A DNA stretch of 51,415 nt, taken from contig JBMFOP010000007.1 in the NCBI GenBank assembly GCA_049969675.1, forward strand, positions 1-51,415, written 5' to 3'. The DNA comes from Myxococcota bacterium (GTDB lineage Bacteria; Myxococcota; SpSt-1050). The position numbers were made by a program, and so were the translations under genes. A model generated the notes under the pieces. It had not been told where the DNA came from, ran no database searches, and saw only the letters and a list, made by a program, of their open reading frames with translations. Shown piece after piece: positions 1 to 8,231 of the stretch. Each line of letters starts with the position of its first letter. Within the stretch, counting starts at the first letter, position 1.

Positions 1-137
1 GAATAAATATAACAGCTTTATGTATTTTTGTCTAATTTAAATATTTACAATGGTCAGACAGGTTTTTATGCAATGTCTTAATAGATTGACAAGTTTTTAC
101 TATATTGCTATTCAAAGTTGGCTTACGGGAGGCTATT

Positions 138-1211
138 ATGGTTGATATGCCGGTCTTTATCCTCGCAATCAATCCTGGTAATACATCCACAAAGATAGGA
201 GTATTTGAGAATACAAAACCCATAATAATCAAAAATATATCTCATAGTGATGAAGAATTGAAGAGGTTTAAGTCCATTGCCGAACAGAAGGATTTTAGAA
301 TCTCCTGTATTCTAAGTGAAATTGAAAAAGAAGATTTTGATATAAAGACACTTAACTGTGTGGTGGGAAGGGGGGGGTTGTTAAAAGCAGTTGAGAGCGG
401 GACGTATATTGTAAATGAGAATATGTTATCAGACCTTAGAAAGGCTGAAAGGGGTGAACACGCCTCCAATCTCGGTGGTATCATAGCCTATGAGATTGCT
501 ACCAAATATCACATTCCGTCTTATATTGTTGACCCTGTGGCTGTAGATGAGATGGAGGATATTGCAAGAATCTCTGGATTCGTAGAGATAGAGAGGGAGA
601 GCCTCCTGCACGCATTGAATACAAAGGCAGTGGCAAAGAGATATTCGGCTATGGTAAGTAAAAGATATGAAGATTTGAGATTAATTGTTGCACATCTTGG
701 GAGTGGGATAAGTATATCAGCACATATAGGTGGAAGGATGGTAGATGTTATCAATCCGAGAGATGAGGGACCATTTTCACCCGATAGGGCTGGCGGACTG
801 CCTGCACTTAAACTCGCCAAACTCTGTTTTTCTGGTAAATATGATTATAAAACCCTTGAGAGGAAACTCTTTGGTGAGGGAGGCATCTATTCTTACCTGG
901 GCACAAGAGACCTTAGAAAGGTAATGGAGATGATTGATTCTAATGATAAGAAGGCAAAGATGATATATGATGCAATGGTATATCAGATTTCCAATTATAT
1001 TGGCTATATGGCACCAGTTCTGATGGGAAGGATTGATTGTATTATTCTGACTGGTGGAATGGCTAATGAAAAGAGGCTAATCGAGGATATCAAAAAAAGA
1101 ATATCTTTTCTGGGAAAGATTGAGGTCTTTCCCGGAGAGGATGAACTTCAGGCCCTTGCTGAGGGGGCTTATAGAGTAATGAAGCATATAGAGCAGGTAA
1201 GAGTTTATTAA
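138..1211 (+). CDS. buk: Butyrate (branched-chain carboxylic acid) kinase
   Basis: INPGNTSTKIG, VGRGGLL, HASNLGGIIA, HALNTKAVA, HLGSGIS, GPFSPDRAG, LTGGMA and PGEDELQALAEG motifs; ATG at 138 follows a GGAGG RBS. Confidence 0.95.
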   Translation: MVDMPVFILAINPGNTSTKIGVFENTKPIIIKNISHSDEELKRFKSIAEQKDFRISCILSEIEKEDFDIKTLNCVVGRGGLLKAVESGTYIVNENMLSDLRKAERGEHASNLGGIIAYEIATKYHIPSYIVDPVAVDEMEDIARISGFVEIERESLLHALNTKAVAKRYSAMVSKRYEDLRLIVAHLGSGISISAHIGGRMVDVINPRDEGPFSPDRAGGLPALKLAKLCFSGKYDYKTLERKLFGEGGIYSYLGTRDLRKVMEMIDSNDKKAKMIYDAMVYQISNYIGYMAPVLMGRIDCIILTGGMANEKRLIEDIKKRISFLGKIEVFPGEDELQALAEGAYRVMKHIEQVRVY

Positions 1212-1240
1212 TTATAAATTTATTTTTTACGGGAGTCTTT

Positions 1241-3043
1241 ATGACAAAGGAGATCTTATCAGGTAATGAGGCGATAGCAAGAGGTGCTTATGAGGCTGGT
1301 GTTGCATTTGCCTCTGCATATCCGGGAACACCCTCAACCGAGATACTTGAAAATATTTCAAGATATCGGGAGATATATTCAGAGTGGTCCCCAAATGAGA
1401 AGGTCGCTTATGAGGTGGCTTACGGTGCCTCACTTGCGGGTGTAAGGGCACTTGTAGCGATGAAGCATGTGGGTGTAAATGTGGCGGCTGACCCTATGAT
1501 GACATCTGTTTATACTGGAGTAAATGCAGGGTTGGTTCTAATATCTGCCGATGACCCTTCTATGCACTCATCACAAAATGAACAGGACAATAGGAGATAT
1601 GCATATTTTGCAAAGATGCCCTGTATAGAGCCTTCAGATTCACAGGAGGCTAAAGATTTCTTAAAAATTGCATTTGAGATATCAGAGAAGTTTGATACCC
1701 CTGTAATGTTAAGGGTTACTACGAGGGTGTGTCATTCAAAGTCAATCGTGACATTGGGGGAGAAAAAGGAAGTTCCATATAAAGAATATAATAAGGATTT
1801 TGTAAAATATTGTATGCTCCCATCTTCTGCAAGGGTTAGAAGGGTAGAACTGGAGAAGAGGCTTGCAAGGTTGAGAGAATATTCCAATAAGAGCCCTTTA
1901 AATAGAATTGAGATTAACAGGACAGATATTGGAATTATAACAAATGGCATATCTTATCAACATTCAAAAGAGGCTTTTCCCGATGCCTCTATTCTAAAGA
2001 TAGGGATGAGTAATCCAATGCCAGATGAACTCATAAAGGAGTTTGCAAAAAAGGTTAAGAAGCTCTATGTGGTTGAAGAACTGGAACCGTATATGGAAGA
2101 ATTTGTGAAGACCCTTGGGATTGAGGTTATAGGGAAGGAGGTCATTCCTAACATCGGTGAGTTGACCTCTGATATTATTAGAAATGCTATTCTGGGTAAG
2201 AAGGTGATATATGAGACTCCAAAGATTCCGATGCGTCCCCCAATACTCTGCCCGGGGTGCCCACATAGAGGATTCTTTGCAGTAACATCAAAGTTGGGGC
2301 TCACGGTTCTTGGAGATATCGGATGTTATACTCTCGGTGCCTATGAACCACTGAGTGCTATTGAGACCTGTCTATGTATGGGTGCATCCATAGGACAGGC
2401 AGTAGGATTTGCCAGGTCATATAAAGGGAAGAATAAGAATAGAGTGGTTGCTGCCATCGGAGATTCTACATTTGTACATAGTGGAATAACTCCACTTATT
2501 GATGCAGTTTATAATAAAGCCAATGTGGTTGTATGTATCCTTGATAATGAGACAACTGCGATGACCGGTCATCAGGAGCATCCGGGCACTGGAAGGACAC
2601 TTATGGGTGAAGAGACGGTTAAACTTAATCTTGAGGCACTCTGTAAATCTATAGGAGTTCCGCATGTACGGGTTGCCAATCCAAATAATCTCAAGGAGAC
2701 CGAAAAGGTTCTTAAAGAGGAACTGGCATTTGAAGGACCCTCCGTTATTATCTTTAAGTCACCCTGTGTTGTTAAAGATAGAACAGTCTGGAAGAAACCA
2801 CTTAAAGTTATAAGCGAGATGTGTGCAGGATGTGGAGAGTGTTTTAAGATTGGTTGCCCGGCGATAATAAAAGATAAGAGCGGGAAGGCAGTTGTTGACC
2901 CGATATTATGTATTGGGTGTGGTGTCTGTGTTCAGGTCTGCAAATCCAGTGGTGCATATAAGTGCAGGTATGTGAGTATAGGTTATTGTTCTGATACCTG
3001 CTCCAGAATATGCAGGGGCTCAGCATTTGTAGAGACTGAATAG
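1241..3043 (+). CDS. iorA: Indolepyruvate:ferredoxin oxidoreductase alpha subunit
   Basis: GNEAIARGA, YPGTPSTE, MKHVGVN, SSQNEQD, LCPGCPHR, GDIGCY, TPP motif GDSTF..N, TAMTGHQ, C-terminal ferredoxin Cys motifs. Confidence 0.95.
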   Translation: MTKEILSGNEAIARGAYEAGVAFASAYPGTPSTEILENISRYREIYSEWSPNEKVAYEVAYGASLAGVRALVAMKHVGVNVAADPMMTSVYTGVNAGLVLISADDPSMHSSQNEQDNRRYAYFAKMPCIEPSDSQEAKDFLKIAFEISEKFDTPVMLRVTTRVCHSKSIVTLGEKKEVPYKEYNKDFVKYCMLPSSARVRRVELEKRLARLREYSNKSPLNRIEINRTDIGIITNGISYQHSKEAFPDASILKIGMSNPMPDELIKEFAKKVKKLYVVEELEPYMEEFVKTLGIEVIGKEVIPNIGELTSDIIRNAILGKKVIYETPKIPMRPPILCPGCPHRGFFAVTSKLGLTVLGDIGCYTLGAYEPLSAIETCLCMGASIGQAVGFARSYKGKNKNRVVAAIGDSTFVHSGITPLIDAVYNKANVVVCILDNETTAMTGHQEHPGTGRTLMGEETVKLNLEALCKSIGVPHVRVANPNNLKETEKVLKEELAFEGPSVIIFKSPCVVKDRTVWKKPLKVISEMCAGCGECFKIGCPAIIKDKSGKAVVDPILCIGCGVCVQVCKSSGAYKCRYVSIGYCSDTCSRICRGSAFVETE

Positions 3044-3056
3044 AAAAGGAGAATTT

Positions 3057-3644
3057 ATGAATAATAAAAATATGTCTGTTGTATTTTCTGGTGTCGGTGG
3101 ACAGGGAGTAATACTTGCGAGTGACCTTCTGGCAGAAGTAGCTCTCATCCATGGAGTAGATGTCAAGAAGGCAGAGGTACACGGAATGGCTCAGCGGGGA
3201 GGTTCGGTTATCAGTTATGTCAGGTTTGGCGATAAAGTATATTCCCCTATAGTTGAGAAGAAGTCAGCGGATATTCTATGTTCATTTGAGCCGCTTGAGG
3301 CAATTAGATATATTGACTTTTTGAAAGATGATGGTTATGCAATAATAAATATTGTAAAGAATTTTCCCATTACCGCTATATTTGGGAAGATCCCCTATCC
3401 TGATAATCCATCAGAGATCATCTCAAAATTTACAAGTAAGGTATATGAAATTGATGCATTGAAGATTGCACTTGAACTCAAAGTTCCAAATGTAGTCAAT
3501 GTGGTCCTACTTGGAAGTATTTCAAGACTTATGCCATTTACAGATGAGGAGTGGTTTGCCGCAATTGAGAAGAAGGTAAAGGCAAAGTTCGTAGGTATAA
3601 ATAAAGAGGCATTCAAAAGGGGGAAAGAGGCTCTTAGTTTTTAA
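3057..3644 (+). CDS. iorB: Indolepyruvate:ferredoxin oxidoreductase beta subunit
   Basis: GVGGQG, EVHGMAQRGGSV, NVVLLG, NKEAF..G; directly follows iorA. Confidence 0.95.
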   Translation: MNNKNMSVVFSGVGGQGVILASDLLAEVALIHGVDVKKAEVHGMAQRGGSVISYVRFGDKVYSPIVEKKSADILCSFEPLEAIRYIDFLKDDGYAIINIVKNFPITAIFGKIPYPDNPSEIISKFTSKVYEIDALKIALELKVPNVVNVVLLGSISRLMPFTDEEWFAAIEKKVKAKFVGINKEAFKRGKEALSF

Positions 3645-3656
3645 GAGGTCTTGATT

Positions 3657-4577
3657 ATGTTCAGAAGTTTTGCACAGATTAGAGAGAAGGTCAGACAATA
3701 TGGTAAGAAATTTTATATAGCATTACCGGCTGCCGACGATGATGTATCAATAGAGGCTGCTTTAGATGCAAAAAAGGATGGAATTGCTGAATCAATATTA
3801 ATAGGAGATAAATCAAAGATCTCGGAATTACTTACATTAAAGGGTAGTTCAGATTCAGAATTTGAGATAGTTCATTGCAATGATTATTTTGATGCAGCAA
3901 GGATTGCAGTAAGACTCTGTAGAGAGAAGAAGGCAGATATGCTCTTAAAGGGGCATCTGGATACAGCCACCTTGCTTAAGGCAGTCCTTAACAAGGAGGA
4001 AGGGTTGCGAACGGATAGACTATTATCGGATGTATTTATCTACGAAGACCCTCTATTTGATGAGAAGGGTGGGAAGCTTACTGGAATAACTGATGGCGGG
4101 ATAACCCCGCTCCCAAATCTTCAACAGAAGAGAGAGATTTTAGAGAATGCAGTTGATGTATTTAGAAGACTCGGTTATAATAAACCAAAGGTTGCGGTGA
4201 TGAGTGCAACTGAGAAGCCAAATGAAAAGATACCTTCAACATGGGATGCAAAACTTCTGGTTGAAATGTATAAAAATGGAGATATAAAAGACTGTATTGT
4301 AGAGGGACCAATGGCTCTTGATGTGGCTGCATTTAAATGGTGTGCAGAGATGAAGGAGATTAAATCAGAGATAGCCGGAGAGGTGGACATTATGCTTATG
4401 CCATCCTTTGAGGCAGCGAATATGGTTGCAAAGGTATTCGTCTTCTATATGAAGAGACAGATAGGTCATGTAATTAGAGGCGCATCTGTCCCTGTATTGA
4501 TAAATTCCAGAACGGATGATGCGCAGTTGAAAATTAATTCAATTGCGTTATCTATAATAACAGGCTTAAGAGATTAA
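3657..4577 (+). CDS. ptb: Phosphate butyryltransferase / phosphate acyltransferase (PTA/PTB family)
   Basis: ADMLLKGHLDT, LRTDRLLS, TDGG, EGPMALDVA, VLINSRTD; in operon with buk. ATG 3657 has better RBS spacing than TTG 3651. Confidence 0.88.
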   Translation: MFRSFAQIREKVRQYGKKFYIALPAADDDVSIEAALDAKKDGIAESILIGDKSKISELLTLKGSSDSEFEIVHCNDYFDAARIAVRLCREKKADMLLKGHLDTATLLKAVLNKEEGLRTDRLLSDVFIYEDPLFDEKGGKLTGITDGGITPLPNLQQKREILENAVDVFRRLGYNKPKVAVMSATEKPNEKIPSTWDAKLLVEMYKNGDIKDCIVEGPMALDVAAFKWCAEMKEIKSEIAGEVDIMLMPSFEAANMVAKVFVFYMKRQIGHVIRGASVPVLINSRTDDAQLKINSIALSIITGLRD

Positions 4578-4587
4578 GGAGGTCAAA

Positions 4588-6165
4588 ATGGCTTTTAAAA
4601 ACGAGAAAACATTTTTTGAGATGAGTAAGGCAAAGAAGACAGAACTCTTTCACAGGAGATATGAGGAGGGAGTAGAGAAGGTTAAGAAGGAGTTTGATAG
4701 ACATTATCCAAATTATATAGGTGGCAAAGAGGTCTACTCAAAGGATGGGGAGTATGCCATAATTACACCTATAAATAAAAATCAAATTATAGGGTATTGT
4801 CAGAAAGGGACCGTTGAAGATACAAAGAATGCTATATCGGTAGCAAAGGCAAAATTTTACGAATGGTCCAGGACACCATATCAGAAGAGAGTTAAGATAT
4901 TCCAGAGGGCTGCAAAGATTATGTCTGCAAGAAAATTTGAGCTCGCAGCACTTATGACCTTTGACAATGGGAAGAATAGATATGAGGCAATCGCAGATGT
5001 GGATGAGGCAATAGATTTTTTGAACTTCTATTCATACCTTATTTTGAAAAATAAGGGATTTATAATCAGGATGGGGAAACCATTCCCCAACGAAAATTGC
5101 ACAAGTGTATTGAAACCTTACGGCGTTTGGGCAGTGATTTCACCATTTAACTTTCCACTTGCAATTACAACAGGGATGAGCACAGGGGCGATGATCACCG
5201 GGAATACAATTGTATTGAAGCCGGCGAGCGATACCCCATTAATGGCACTCAAATTTTATGAGATAATGAAAGAGGCCGGTCTACCTGATGGGGTAATGAA
5301 TCTTATTGTCGGTTCAGGTTCAACTGTTGGAGAGGAACTCATCTCAAATCCAGATATCGCCGGTGTGGTATTCACGGGTTCAAGAGCGGTCGGTAAGAGA
5401 ATTTTCTCAAAGATGACATCTGATATGGTAAAGCCCTGCATAACTGAGCTCGGTGGGAAGAATCCGATTATTGTTACATCAAAAGCAAATCTGAGTAAGG
5501 CGGTTGAGGGTGTAGCAAGGTCTGCGTTCGGTTTTGATGGACAGAAATGTTCAGCCTGTTCAAGGCTTATAATTTTTGAAGATATTAAGGATAAATTTTT
5601 AGAAGGTCTTATCAATTGGACGAGAGAAAGAGTGAGTGTTGGTGACCCAACCAGGAGAGAGACATTTATGGGTCCGGTTATAAATCAAAAGGCTTTTGAT
5701 GATTTTGCATATTATTCCAATATGGCGAAAAGGGATGGGGAGGTCTTAATAGGTGGCAGCAGGATAGAGAGCGGTGAACTCAAAGATGGTTTCTTTGTAG
5801 AACCAACAATTGTAGATAATCTGCCATTGAACCATGAAATAATCAAGACAGAACTCTTCCTCCCAATTCTTGCAATTATAACTGTAAAGAACCTTGAAGA
5901 GGCAATCAAGATTGCAAATGATACAGAATATGGACTGACTGCGGGTATCTTTACTGAAAATGCTAAAGAACGTGACTACTTCTTTGACCATATTGAGGCT
6001 GGAGTTACATATTGCAACAGAACTGTTGGTGGTTCAACAGGTGCAATGGTGAATGGACAACCATTTGGTGGATGGAAGGCAAGCTCATCTACTGCAAAGG
6101 GTGCTGGTGGGCTTTACTATTTACAGCAATTTATGAGAGAGCAGAGTCAGACGATAGTGAAGTAG
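4588..6165 (+). CDS. pruA: Aldehyde dehydrogenase, 1-pyrroline-5-carboxylate dehydrogenase-like
   Basis: ISPFNFP, KPASDTP, FTGS, ELGGKN, catalytic GQKCSACS, NDTEYGLTAG, QPFGGWK; AAGGAGG RBS. Confidence 0.8.
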   Translation: MAFKNEKTFFEMSKAKKTELFHRRYEEGVEKVKKEFDRHYPNYIGGKEVYSKDGEYAIITPINKNQIIGYCQKGTVEDTKNAISVAKAKFYEWSRTPYQKRVKIFQRAAKIMSARKFELAALMTFDNGKNRYEAIADVDEAIDFLNFYSYLILKNKGFIIRMGKPFPNENCTSVLKPYGVWAVISPFNFPLAITTGMSTGAMITGNTIVLKPASDTPLMALKFYEIMKEAGLPDGVMNLIVGSGSTVGEELISNPDIAGVVFTGSRAVGKRIFSKMTSDMVKPCITELGGKNPIIVTSKANLSKAVEGVARSAFGFDGQKCSACSRLIIFEDIKDKFLEGLINWTRERVSVGDPTRRETFMGPVINQKAFDDFAYYSNMAKRDGEVLIGGSRIESGELKDGFFVEPTIVDNLPLNHEIIKTELFLPILAIITVKNLEEAIKIANDTEYGLTAGIFTENAKERDYFFDHIEAGVTYCNRTVGGSTGAMVNGQPFGGWKASSSTAKGAGGLYYLQQFMREQSQTIVK

Positions 6166-6312
6166 TTACTGAATAAAAAATAATTATATCAGTATATACT
6201 AACTATCACTATGACAAAAGCCTTCTAAATTAATCAATCAGTAAAATCTTAAATTTTTTTGTTTATAATGTATTAAAATTACTATAATATCCCGAGTGCC
6301 TGTGGAGGTGCG

Positions 6313-7266
6313 ATGGATTTATCTGAATTACTTACAAAGACAGAGATATTTAGACCCAGAATACTTAATCTAATGATTACAGAGAGATGTAATTATAGAT
6401 GTAGATTTTGTGATTTCCATAATAAGAATAGAGAGATGCCGTTTGAACTTGCAGTCAGGGTGATTAATGAGGCTCAGAGATCTGGAATTAAGACAGCTGC
6501 ATTTACTGGAGGAGAGCCCCTTCTATATAAAGGGATATATGACCTTGTGTCACTCATCAAGACACTCGGGATGTCTCCGCATATTACAACTAATGGCTCA
6601 CTCATTTATAATAATTGGAAAAGGTTATTGGATTCAGGCCTTGATTCAATAAGTTTCTCAATAGATGGTATCGGGGAGGTACACGATAATTTGAGAGGGG
6701 TTAAGGGCTCTTTTGAGAGCATAAAAAATGGTATTGAGACCTTATACAAAAATAACAGGATGCTTCTCTTTGTAAATATGGTGGTAACAAATCAAAATGT
6801 CTCACAGATAATAAAAGTCTATCAATTTGCAAAAAGTTATAATGCCACATTCTTCTTCTGGCCCGTCAATGATACTCCTGACCTTTATATGAACGATGAT
6901 AATGCTGATGAGTATTATAGGGCTGTTGAATATATTTGTTCAAAAGAGAGTTGTAGTAGTTGTATGCGCAAATTTCTAATAAAAGGTTTAGATTACCATC
7001 AGGGGAGAATCAAAAGATTTAGATGCCCTGCATTTTTTAGCACAGTGAATATCTATTTGGATGGGGAGGTGATGCCCTGTTGCGTATGGAATGCAAGAGA
7101 TCTTTCAGCAGGTAATGTTAATGAGAAGAGTCTAATTGATATCCTGTCATCTGATAAGGCAAAGGAGATAGTAAAAGGGATCTTTCAAAGTGGCTGTTAT
7201 AATAGGTGTTATAATTCAATGCTGCCAGAATTTTCGGAACTTACCGGTGAGGATTTTATTTTATGA
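6313..7266 (+). CDS. Radical SAM protein with C-terminal SPASM/Twitch-like domain
   Basis: CNYRCRFC, TGGEP, TTNG, SIDG..HD..RG; C-terminal C..DGEVMPCC...CYNRC; GGAGG RBS. Confidence 0.9.
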   Translation: MDLSELLTKTEIFRPRILNLMITERCNYRCRFCDFHNKNREMPFELAVRVINEAQRSGIKTAAFTGGEPLLYKGIYDLVSLIKTLGMSPHITTNGSLIYNNWKRLLDSGLDSISFSIDGIGEVHDNLRGVKGSFESIKNGIETLYKNNRMLLFVNMVVTNQNVSQIIKVYQFAKSYNATFFFWPVNDTPDLYMNDDNADEYYRAVEYICSKESCSSCMRKFLIKGLDYHQGRIKRFRCPAFFSTVNIYLDGEVMPCCVWNARDLSAGNVNEKSLIDILSSDKAKEIVKGIFQSGCYNRCYNSMLPEFSELTGEDFIL

Positions 7267-8216
7267 GGGCACAACCGCCAAAGACCATTCATCTCTCTAT
7301 AACTTCTCTCTGCAATCTAAGATGTATTCATTGCAGGTTCTGGGAGATGGAGCCTCAGAAGGAGATTGGAATAACAAAGTGGAAGAAGATTGTAGACGAT
7401 ATTTACAACTGGCTTGGTAGCAGTAGTGTAAGAATCAAGATTGCTGGAGGTGAGCCGTCTGTCAAGGCATTCTTTTATGATTTGATGAAGTATATTAAAG
7501 AAAAGGGATTTTATCTCGGCATTACATCAAATGGAACGGTCTTTTCAGAAAAGGATATTAAATTATTATGTGACATAGGTTTAAATGAAATAAATATCTC
7601 ATTGGATACTCTAAGTAGAGAGAAGTATAGATTAATTAGGGGGAAGGACGAATTCAATAAAGTAATGGAGAATTTATTGTTATTTAAGAAACATACGAAA
7701 CAGACCTCCATTAATATCTCTCCAACCATAATGGAACCTAATGTTGATGAGATTACGGAACTTGTGAGATTTGCTATAAAAAATAATTTCTGGATTACAT
7801 TTCAGGCCATATTTAATACCTTTGGTACAGAATATAGAGTAAACTGGTTTAAGGATTTTTCACTCTTTCCAAAAGATATCATAAGTCTTGAAAGAGAGAT
7901 AAGGGAGGTTATAGCATACAAAGATATTTATAGACAGATCGGTAATTCAAAAGAACAGCTCCTTACTATGATTGAATATTTTAGGGACCCCGGAAAGAGT
8001 TATGATATGGAATGTAATGCTGGGAAGACTGATATAGGAATTGATAACTTTGGTAATCTTCTCCTTTGTTTTAATCTGAGACCTGTAGGGAATCTCATAA
8101 ATAATAAGATAGACGATTTGTTCTATTCTGATGTTGCTGATGAAATAAGGGAGGAGATTAGAGGTTGTTCAAGAGAGTGTAAATTATTGAATTGTGTATT
8201 CCCTTTTGAGGATTGA
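7263..8216 (+). CDS. Radical SAM protein with C-terminal SPASM/Twitch-like domain
   Basis: CNLRCIHC, GGEP, TSNG, SLD; C-terminal CNAG...GNLLLC...CSRECKLLNC; ATGA overlap with previous gene. Confidence 0.9.
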   Translation: MRAQPPKTIHLSITSLCNLRCIHCRFWEMEPQKEIGITKWKKIVDDIYNWLGSSSVRIKIAGGEPSVKAFFYDLMKYIKEKGFYLGITSNGTVFSEKDIKLLCDIGLNEINISLDTLSREKYRLIRGKDEFNKVMENLLLFKKHTKQTSINISPTIMEPNVDEITELVRFAIKNNFWITFQAIFNTFGTEYRVNWFKDFSLFPKDIISLEREIREVIAYKDIYRQIGNSKEQLLTMIEYFRDPGKSYDMECNAGKTDIGIDNFGNLLLCFNLRPVGNLINNKIDDLFYSDVADEIREEIRGCSRECKLLNCVFPFED

Positions 8217-8231
8217 AACTCTGGAGTCATT

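Noticed and set aside
6166..6312. RiPP precursor peptide for the radical SAM pair
   Set aside because: AT-rich promoter-like gap with no RBS-led small ORF; no RRE domain or transporter seen
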